This document shows positions 1 to 6,678 of a stretch of 21,676 bases of DNA, one piece after another (position 1 is the first letter of the stretch; the number at the start of each line of letters is the position of its first letter). A program made the position numbers and the translations under genes. The DNA comes from Elainellaceae cyanobacterium (GTDB taxonomy: Bacteria; Cyanobacteriota; Cyanobacteriia; CAZCXK01). The notes beneath the pieces were generated by a model that saw only the letters and a program-made list of their open reading frames with translations, was not told the DNA's origin and searched no databases. The stretch spans positions 1 through 21,676 of the forward strand of contig JBNPEG010000124.1 of NCBI GenBank assembly GCA_051117555.1, in the 5' to 3' direction.

Positions 1-86
1 CCACAGTGGACGCAGATGTGATTTTGCTTACCTTTTTTCTTGCCGTTCTTACGGATATGAGTACCACCACACTCGGGACATTGCAT
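1..86 (-). CDS. IS1-family transposase, InsA-like N-terminus (partial)
   Basis: Manual translation from ATG 86 gives MQCPECGGTHIRKNGKKKGKQNHICVHC, a CxxC...KNG...Q...CxxC zinc ribbon typical of IS1 transposases. It runs off the window and is not in the ORF track. Confidence 0.88.
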   Translation of the reverse strand, partial: MQCPECGGTHIRKNGKKKGKQNHICVHC

Positions 87-126
87 TGTAGATCACCCCT
101 AATTCATACCTTGATTATGCAACGCC
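1..126 (-). mobile_element. IS1-family insertion sequence, left end (truncated by window edge)
   Basis: The minus strand from 126 reads GGCGTTGCATAATCAAGGTATGAATT, resembling cyanobacterial IS1-type terminal repeats as I recall them. It is followed by SD-like AGGGGTGAT and the ATG (86) of an InsA-like zinc-ribbon ORF. Confidence 0.85.
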
Positions 127-149
127 GTTAGATCAGGTTCTGGTTTAGT

Positions 150-178
150 AACGGGGTATGGTTGCCATATCCCGTTTT
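150..178 (+). terminator. Putative intrinsic terminator
   Basis: AACGGGGTATGG-TTG-CCATATCCCGTT forms a 12-bp stem with one G:U pair and ends in a short T run (TTTTGT). Pairing is complete only on the + strand. Confidence 0.5.
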
Positions 179-656
179 GTCATGAAATGTGCATCCATTT
201 CGCTATATTTTGCTTAGATTCAAAAGTCTTAACGACATCTTTCCTTCTTTTGGTGGAATTAAGGGCGTGTTATCCGGTATAAATTAGGTATAGGTGTAAT
301 AGAGATACCTTACAACTCGTGATTGGGGTGTCCGGTGGGGTCTTTGAGGTAGATTCAGGAATTGCATCAGGCTATCTTTAGCTACTCGATATGCAAAGAT
401 TGCTGAGAGATTATCAAGCAGAAGATGTCTCAAGTCTCATCAGGAATCGGTGGCTGAGTGGGTGTAGGAACACGTAGTTGCTAAGCCATAGCTTGAAACA
501 GCTAAGGCATTGAATCACTCGATTTAGATGAATGTTTGCTTAGACCTTGCGAGTTGAATAGGGGGTCTAGCGATCGCATCCTCTCAGTTCAGAGGGGGGA
601 TGGGGTTATTATTTACAGCTTTTACAGTTCAGCATTGAATTTGGGAGGAGGTAAGG

Positions 657-1229
657 GTGTTAAATCCGGCGACCAATTTTTGCCCACCGAGGCTTTCAAT
701 CATCGATCGATTTAATAAATCGTCATTGACTGGCTTGCTCCTCACATTGGGTTTAATCATAGGTGGGATTTCTGCGTTGCCAGCTCAGGGGATTGAGTCT
801 TCACCCGCGATGCAATCACCTGCGAATCGGGAATCATTTCAAGCGGTTGATTCTGAATCTGCAATATCGATGCCAAATGGCGTGTATCTCTACGGTCAAT
901 CGGCCCAACCCGATGAAATTGGGGCTGCGTATATGGTGTTTGAGGTGAATGGCGATCGCATCGTGGGGGCATTTTATATGCCATATTCATCATTTGACTG
1001 CTTTCATGGCGAGCTTCAGGCAAATCAGCTCGCATTGAATATCACCGACAGCTATGAGCGGGATACCTACCCTTACTCGGTTGCCCTAACGACCCCATCT
1101 GCTGTTGCAGCAGACAATCCAGCGATCGCGCCCGTTGAGCTAGAGGGCTATCATCAGATTGATGCCGTGAGCGATAACGACCATCGCATCTTAGACACGT
1201 GTCGAGCTAATTATCAGCAGTCGCTGTAA
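657..1229 (+). CDS. Conserved cyanobacterial hypothetical protein, probably secreted
   Basis: 190-aa ORF with strong SD GGAGGAGG at 644-651 before the GTG. It has a hydrophobic signal-like segment (LTGLLLTLGLIIGGISALPAQG), a globular core GVYLYGQS..PDEIGAAYMVFEV and two Cys in the mature part (FDCF, DTCR). Confidence 0.8.
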   Translation: MLNPATNFCPPRLSIIDRFNKSSLTGLLLTLGLIIGGISALPAQGIESSPAMQSPANRESFQAVDSESAISMPNGVYLYGQSAQPDEIGAAYMVFEVNGDRIVGAFYMPYSSFDCFHGELQANQLALNITDSYERDTYPYSVALTTPSAVAADNPAIAPVELEGYHQIDAVSDNDHRILDTCRANYQQSL

Positions 1230-1255
1230 CGCCCTGACAGCTATTTGATAGCCAG

Positions 1256-3403
1256 TTAATAGCCATAATAGTCATCGTAATATCGAGAATCATAATATCC
1301 CTCGTAGGGATTCTCTGGAGAGGAGTCTGCCGGAGCACTCGGCTGGGCAGACTCTCCATATGATGGCTCACTATAAGACGGTGCGGCTGGGCGAGACTCT
1401 TCGGCTTCCCACGCGTTCCAGATTTCTGCACGACGGGCACTCCACTGAGCGATCGATGCCTGAGCTTCGTCATAAAGCGCCCGCCCCGGACTAATCTGAC
1501 TAGCCAAATTGATGGCATTGGTCAATCGATTCCGGGCGGCCAAAGCGGATGCTTCATCGAGCAAGGAGCGATCGCGCGCTAATTGGATTTGGTCTTGCCA
1601 ATCTTGAATGGCTGCCTGTGCGTCATCATAGAGCGCACGGTTATCGGCGATTTTTCGTGCTTGAGCGATTGCTTTTGCCAAATCGCCGGCTTCAGCAAGC
1701 TGACGAGCTTCATCTAAGATAGGTTGGTCTTCAATGGTTTGAATTTGAGCCGTCCACTGGGCGATCGCCGTTTTAGCATCAGAATGGAGGGCACGACCTG
1801 GATCAATCTGCTGTGCCTGTTGAATGGCTGCCTGCAAATCCTCAATCGTGCCGGGCTCTGCCAGTCGACGAGCGTACGCTAACAGAGGGCGATCTTGAAT
1901 CCGCTGAATCTCTTGTCCCCAATGGGCTGCTAGAGTTTGTGCCTGTAATCGACGGGGACGATCAGCGTCGACCATTTCAGCTTGTTGGATGGCAGCATGG
2001 AGCGCAAATTCCTGATTGAAGCCTGCGATCCAGGTGGCAAACTGAAGCTGAATCAAATCCTGAAGATGGGCTTGCCAGGTTTGAGACTGAGTTTGCGCTT
2101 GGCTATAAAACTGACTGGTGGGCTCAATGTGGTGGGCGATCGTAAGCGCTTGAAATAAATTCCAGACGTGTTGGAAGGTCGGCTCCCAAGCAGACTCCGT
2201 CGATGATGCTAATGTTTGAGCGTGGCTGAATTGGATTAAGTCAAACGCATTAGGTGCAAAGGTCGGATCAGGAGGGACATGCTGAGCTAACGTCATTGCT
2301 GCCTGAGTATTTCCCTGCTGCAGTGCCTCTAGACTGGCATTGGTGACACGGGTACTCCAGTCTTTGAGACGAGGCTCAGCCTGTTTCCACGCATCGGTTT
2401 GAGGGTTGATCTGACGGACGAGCGCGATCGCCTCGACTAGTTGATCTGGATTCTTGTCCTGGGCAAGCGTGTCGGCTCGATCTAAGTCTTGCCACGCCTG
2501 CTTTTCATTCAAGATCTGCCAGGTTAGGGTCTCAGATCTCTCCTGACTCCAATAGTCAAATTGGATCTGCCCCAATGCCATAATTTGTTCAGATGCCTGC
2601 TGCCAATCTTTAGAATGAATTGCGGCGATCGCCTTATCGTAAATGGCTTTCCCTGTTTGCCACTCTTGCTTCCATTGCGCCACTTCTGCCTGCGCCTCTG
2701 AATAGAGCGGGCTAGATTCAGGAATTTGATTCACGATAGAAATCGCCTCGGCCAAGCTTTCCTGATCCGTTTTAGAGCGGGCGACCCTAAGCAGCGTGGC
2801 TGACCAATCATTCATCAACTCCTGAGCCTCGTCATACAGGGGATGTTGATTTGACCACTCTTTGATGAGATTTATTCCGTCAGCCAGCGAGTCCTCATCT
2901 CCGACTTCAGCCGCTTGCTGAGCACAGTAAAGCCGTTCTGAATCTGACGCCAACGGCGAAATTTGCTCGCAGTCAGGAGCCGGAGGAAGCTGAGTAAGCC
3001 ACTGAAAGGCGATCGCTCCCGTTGCGCCAAAAAAACTAATTAAGGCAATCCAAATAATTGACCAATCCCACGATGACTGACGCGGACGAGGCTTAGGCTG
3101 ACGAGTTGGTTGAGTCGGAGACGACGACTGTGGGCGAGTCAAGGGCTCCAAGGCTGGAGTTGAACGGGAAGAAGATTTAACGACCTCGTGTCGAAGCTTT
3201 CTAACGGTTGGATTTTGGCGTCCAGGCTTAGGCTGCATGCCAACCGTTTGATGCGGATGAGGCTTAGACGGTTGCGATAGATCGATCGACTCCCCTGGTA
3301 GACGAATGCCAGAATGCGCCGTAGACTGAATCGCTTGCTTTGAAACTGGGTTAAGCTTTTTTCTGACCATAATCCCCGACACCTTTCGCGGAGCGTCTGC
3401 CAT
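1256..3403 (-). CDS. Membrane-anchored alpha-helical repeat (TPR-like) protein of a conserved cyanobacterial family (often labelled 'chromosome segregation ATPase')
   Basis: 715 aa with a basic Pro-rich N-terminus and one TM helix (WSIIWIALISFFGATGAIAFQW). It carries repeated ~52-55-aa units D.P.L..A..LA..G.L..AI..A..I..GRALY..AQ..I..W. I see no Walker A motif. Confidence 0.8.
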   Translation of the reverse strand: MADAPRKVSGIMVRKKLNPVSKQAIQSTAHSGIRLPGESIDLSQPSKPHPHQTVGMQPKPGRQNPTVRKLRHEVVKSSSRSTPALEPLTRPQSSSPTQPTRQPKPRPRQSSWDWSIIWIALISFFGATGAIAFQWLTQLPPAPDCEQISPLASDSERLYCAQQAAEVGDEDSLADGINLIKEWSNQHPLYDEAQELMNDWSATLLRVARSKTDQESLAEAISIVNQIPESSPLYSEAQAEVAQWKQEWQTGKAIYDKAIAAIHSKDWQQASEQIMALGQIQFDYWSQERSETLTWQILNEKQAWQDLDRADTLAQDKNPDQLVEAIALVRQINPQTDAWKQAEPRLKDWSTRVTNASLEALQQGNTQAAMTLAQHVPPDPTFAPNAFDLIQFSHAQTLASSTESAWEPTFQHVWNLFQALTIAHHIEPTSQFYSQAQTQSQTWQAHLQDLIQLQFATWIAGFNQEFALHAAIQQAEMVDADRPRRLQAQTLAAHWGQEIQRIQDRPLLAYARRLAEPGTIEDLQAAIQQAQQIDPGRALHSDAKTAIAQWTAQIQTIEDQPILDEARQLAEAGDLAKAIAQARKIADNRALYDDAQAAIQDWQDQIQLARDRSLLDEASALAARNRLTNAINLASQISPGRALYDEAQASIAQWSARRAEIWNAWEAEESRPAAPSYSEPSYGESAQPSAPADSSPENPYEGYYDSRYYDDYYGY

Positions 3404-3597
3404 CCTGCACCAGAGAGCAGAGCACTACCCGTTGATTGTAATAGGCTGATAGTGGATAATCTAGCCCAAAAGCACTATATTAAGCCTAAGTGTATGACAG
3501 GGATCGGAACAACGTCGTCAAAATCTTACAATTAGCTATAAAAATTGGCGAATTTCCTTAGCCAAGCTAAGTGAGCAATTCAAAGATTTTCAGATGA

Positions 3598-3855
3598 TTA
3601 TAGGGGTGCATTTCCCTTGAGGCGACGCCACTGAAGCTCTTGAGTGAATTCATGCTCGAGTGAATCAAATTCTCGACTGAACGTAGCTGGAGCGAAAGTT
3701 GGCTGGCGCTTGGCAACGTGTGCGATCGCCACCGATAGTGCCCAAATGGGTGAATACATGATCCCAGTTGGCACCATCACAAACCAGATAAATACTGGAC
3801 TCAATTCTCTCCCCTGGGGAGAAAGAGAACGCTGCACCTGTTGAAAAATCCTCAT
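3598..3855 (-). CDS. Small hypothetical membrane protein (85 aa)
   Basis: ATG 3855 is preceded by GGAGGGAGAA, and there is a central hydrophobic stretch VFIWFVMVPTGIMYSPIWALSVAIAHVA. The ORF track starts 4 codons earlier (3867). Confidence 0.55.
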   Translation of the reverse strand: MRIFQQVQRSLSPQGRELSPVFIWFVMVPTGIMYSPIWALSVAIAHVAKRQPTFAPATFSREFDSLEHEFTQELQWRRLKGNAPL

Positions 3856-4171
3856 TTCTCCCTCCATTGACGGCTATTAATGTCCTGACTGAATAAGCGC
3901 ACCGAATCAGCTCCATGAGAAATCGTCCGCCTTGAAAGGCGGTCAAATTAGTCGATGAGGAACAGAATCCAAAAATGCCTGTCTATAGCGAGCCAGCACA
4001 AGATGGCACAACACTCACACGTGCGGTCGATCCCATCCGCTGGTATCGCACCTCTTAGACAATCAACGGCAATAAACCTGCGGTTTTACCTACCGTCGTA
4101 GCAAAACAGTAGATTGACGGTATCGAGTTGACACTTCTAATCTAGCTAGACCTGACCCGGATCATCAAAAA

Positions 4172-4221
4172 GCTATGTGCATCGTGGTATGAATTTTGTT
4201 CATACAGCCTTGCGCGATAGC
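4172..4221. repeat. Long imperfect palindrome with GTATGAA-N5-TTCATAC core
   Basis: GCTAT/ATAGC, GTGCA/TGCGC and GTATGAA(4187-4193)/TTCATAC(4199-4205) pair around a 5-nt loop. Confidence 0.55.
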
Positions 4222-4460
4222 GTGAGGACATCAAACTAGATGCACTAAAGATTTGTGAGCACCCCTAGCGCCTACTACACCATCCGCCCGTGGAGTGAGA
4301 CGAAAGAATTAAAAGGGAGGCTCTGCGGTGTCTTCCCCGCCGTTTAGCGGTGCAGAATGATGAAGCTCGTTGACGACGACACTATAGAGATAGTCATCTG
4401 GACCAAAGCTGAATGCATCAATCCAATTCATCTAAGGGGCAGATGCAAGCGGCTCATAAG

Positions 4461-4508
4461 TATTGGCGTGGCACAGCTAACTTGGTGGATTAAAGTAGTG
4501 GCGTGTCA
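4461..4508 (+). repeat. Two fragments resembling the left end of the 17839-17961 MITE-like element
   Basis: TATTGGCGTGGCACAGCTAA (4461-4480) matches TAGTGGCGTGGCACAGCCAA (17839-17858) at 18/20. TAGTGGCGTGTCA (4496-4508) matches at 12/13. Confidence 0.6.
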
Positions 4509-4538
4509 TGACGGTATGATGTGCATGTCCCTAAAGCC

Positions 4539-4568
4539 AAAAAAAAAGTGGGCGAGATGCCCACTTTT
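4539..4568 (-). terminator. Intrinsic terminator (possibly bidirectional) downstream of the 4632-4862 gene
   Basis: AAAAGTGGGC-GAGAT-GCCCACTTTT is a perfect inverted repeat. The A9 run at 4539-4547 gives a U9 tail on the minus strand. Confidence 0.85.
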
Positions 4569-4631
4569 CCCAATCATCGAGTCGCTCCTTTGATTTGTAG
4601 ATGAGTTAATGCCTATTGTCCCTATACCGGC

Positions 4632-4862
4632 TTATTTGCGAAAGCCTCGTCCTTCTTGAGGTTCATTCAGCATTTCAGGCGTAACTGCCGGGTTTTCAAT
4701 TACTTCTCGCGCATTTTCAAGCGTGCCCTCTTTATAGACCAAATCTCGGGGGTCGACGGGCTCCTTTTTGCCATGTTCAGCATTTTGCGCAGCTTGAGTA
4801 TCGGGAGAAGCTTGCGATTGATTTTGCTGCTCGTCGGCAGGTTGGGGTGCGTTCTGACTCAT
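4632..4862 (-). CDS. Small acidic, probably disordered hypothetical protein (76 aa)
   Basis: ATG 4862 follows GAGGA; the protein MSQNAPQPADEQQNQ...EGRGFRK is Q/E/P-rich and has its own terminator. The ORF track's longer start (4931) lacks an SD. Confidence 0.7.
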   Translation of the reverse strand: MSQNAPQPADEQQNQSQASPDTQAAQNAEHGKKEPVDPRDLVYKEGTLENAREVIENPAVTPEMLNEPQEGRGFRK

Positions 4863-5010
4863 ATGTCCTCGTGCTATAGCATGGGTTCCAAATTGTGCAG
4901 TACTAATGCCTGCTAATCTCATAGACATCAATGCTACAGTTCCAGGATAAAAAACTCATCGCCCGCGCGCTTCGATCAAAAGTAAGACATTCAAGCATAA
5001 GACATTGCTA

Positions 5011-5694
5011 ATGGTTAATCTCACACTGACGAAACATAGCCCGCTTTCAGGCATCTATCGAGCCTATTCGGCGACGCTAATCGATCAGCAGGGCTGGCAG
5101 ATTGCCAAAGTGTTCGGCAATCTGTCAGCCGAAGAAAAATCTCTGCAAACGGGATCGGGTTTAGCAGACTGGTCGCATATCGGCAAAATTTCGCTGTCGG
5201 GTCAACAGGCCGCTCATGCCGCTGAAATGCTTTGTGCTGGAGCTTTATCTATTTCACCCCTAACCAGCGTCAGCACGACAGACGTAGCAGCCTTGCGACT
5301 GACGGCCAATGATTATCTGATCCTGTGCCAAGTTGGACGCGAGCTGTCGCTGCTGGGTCAACTTGATGGCGATCGCACTAGGAATCGCATCACGATAGTC
5401 AATCAAACAGGCGCAATGGGGTGCTTAGCGCTAGCAGGGCAGCGTCGAGATGAGGTGCTAGAGCGCTCGACTGCGATGGATCTACGGCGCGATCGCCTGA
5501 TTGCTGGATCGGTGATTCAAACAACCATCCATACGATTCGCTGCACTCTCTACCGCACCTCACAGCTTGACGTCATCGTGCACCCGCGCAGCCTATCTGA
5601 ATCTCTATTTGACGCGCTTCTTGATGTGGGCATCGGAGTAGGCTTAGTTCCAACGGGGCTTGCCATCGTGCCAGTAGAATTTCAAGCAGGATAA
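5011..5694 (+). CDS. soxG: Sarcosine oxidase gamma-subunit-like protein (stand-alone GcvT/aminomethyltransferase N-terminal fold)
   Basis: GcvT-N pattern SPL....A....GW.....E.......G..D.S..GKI...G, then SoxG-like RLT..DYL, LAG....VL......DL......G...QT and RSLSE.L...L.D.G. There is no GcvT C-terminal barrel, and a soxB-like gene lies 1 kb away. Confidence 0.7.
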   Translation: MVNLTLTKHSPLSGIYRAYSATLIDQQGWQIAKVFGNLSAEEKSLQTGSGLADWSHIGKISLSGQQAAHAAEMLCAGALSISPLTSVSTTDVAALRLTANDYLILCQVGRELSLLGQLDGDRTRNRITIVNQTGAMGCLALAGQRRDEVLERSTAMDLRRDRLIAGSVIQTTIHTIRCTLYRTSQLDVIVHPRSLSESLFDALLDVGIGVGLVPTGLAIVPVEFQAG

Positions 5695-5703
5695 AATCCC
5701 TCA

Positions 5704-6483
5704 CTAAACCTGCTCTTGCTCTGACGAAGATGGCGAGTCAGATTGCATCGGTTGAGAGCCTAAATAGGCATCCTCATCCTCATCCGAGGGCTGATCGCTA
5801 AATAACCCAAACACTGGACCTAGCGCCGCTCCAAACACAAAGCCACCGGCATGAGCCCAGTAGGCAACGCCGCCGCTCTCCATTCCGACATTGGCAGGTG
5901 CGCCCAGACTGGCAAGCCCATAAAGTGCCTGCTGGACAAACCAAAATCCGAGGAACAGCAAGGCGGGAATGCGAACCGTGTAGAAGAAAATACCGAGCGG
6001 AATAAACGTTAGGATTCGCACGTTGGGGTAGCGGAAAATGTAAGCGCCCATCACTCCGGCGATCGCCCCACTCGCGCCCAGCGATGGAATCGTTGAATCG
6101 GGTGCAAAAAACCATTGCGCTAGCGATGCCAACACACCGCAGAGCAAGTAGAATACGACAAAATTTATCCGTCCAAGCTGTTCTTCTAGGTTGTTGCCAA
6201 ACACCCACAAGTACAGCATGTTGCCTGCTACGTGCAAAAAACCTGCATGGAGAAACTGCGCTGTAATCAGGGTGCTCCATTCAAATGCATTGGCATAGGA
6301 AAAGCCGCCTTGAAAGCTTTGAGTTAATTGCTTGGGCACGACGGCCCAGCTATAGAAGAACTCTGTCAGCCCCTGAGGAGATAGCGAAGACTCAAAAAAG
6401 AAGATGAGTATGTTGAGCGCAATCAAACCATAGGTCACGTACGGCGTAATTTTGACGGGATTTTCATCGCGAAGAGGAACCAC
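5704..6483 (-). CDS. Rhomboid-family intramembrane serine protease
   Basis: Motifs FLHAGFLHVAGNMLYLWVFG..LE, catalytic GASGA (Ser) and AYWAHAGG (His). Likely start is GTG 6483 (MVPLRDENP) after AAGGATAGG. Confidence 0.95.
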   Translation of the reverse strand: MVPLRDENPVKITPYVTYGLIALNILIFFFESSLSPQGLTEFFYSWAVVPKQLTQSFQGGFSYANAFEWSTLITAQFLHAGFLHVAGNMLYLWVFGNNLEEQLGRINFVVFYLLCGVLASLAQWFFAPDSTIPSLGASGAIAGVMGAYIFRYPNVRILTFIPLGIFFYTVRIPALLFLGFWFVQQALYGLASLGAPANVGMESGGVAYWAHAGGFVFGAALGPVFGLFSDQPSDEDEDAYLGSQPMQSDSPSSSEQEQV

Positions 6484-6678
6484 AAGCCTATCCTTAATAC
6501 AATTTTCTATATTGAAATTCAAACGTTACAATACCTGATTTTGAGACACAATGAATCTCTCTTGCGTAGGGTTTTACATCAGTCTTGCGTCGAGAAATTG
6601 ATGCCGTTGAGTCAGTCAGGGATTGACTATTGGCGCTATGCTAATGAGTCAGCAGTATAGGGAGCACTAAGAAACCGA

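Noticed and set aside
1256..3403. SMC-like or chromosome segregation ATPase function
   Set aside because: No Walker A/B or ABC signature is visible; the sequence is a TM-anchored helical repeat.
3920..3960. Possible c-di-GMP-I or glutamine (glnA) riboswitch
   Set aside because: Only one hairpin is present. The conserved GGCAAAC/GACGCAAA or ATCGTT...GGAAGT...GAAGGAACG segments are missing.
4284..4360. Degenerate IS200/IS605 (tnpB) right end, TTCCCCGCCGTTTAGCGGTGCAGAATG
   Set aside because: The resemblance is loose, with no terminal TCAA/TCAC and no TnpB C-terminal coding remnant upstream.
4357..4593. 78-aa plus-strand ORF
   Set aside because: It has no SD and no recognisable motif, and it crosses repeat fragments and a terminator.
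4924..4937. NtcA site upstream of soxG (GAC-N8-TAC), plus GTA-N6-TAC at 6566-6577 and GTA-N7-TAC at 296-308
   Set aside because: None matches GTA-N8-TAC, so nitrogen control cannot be claimed.
5011..5694. gcvT or a truncated gcvT pseudogene
   Set aside because: It ends cleanly where SoxG-type proteins end, there is no room for a downstream remnant of the C-terminal barrel (the convergent rhomboid gene ends 9 bp away), and a soxB-like gene is nearby.
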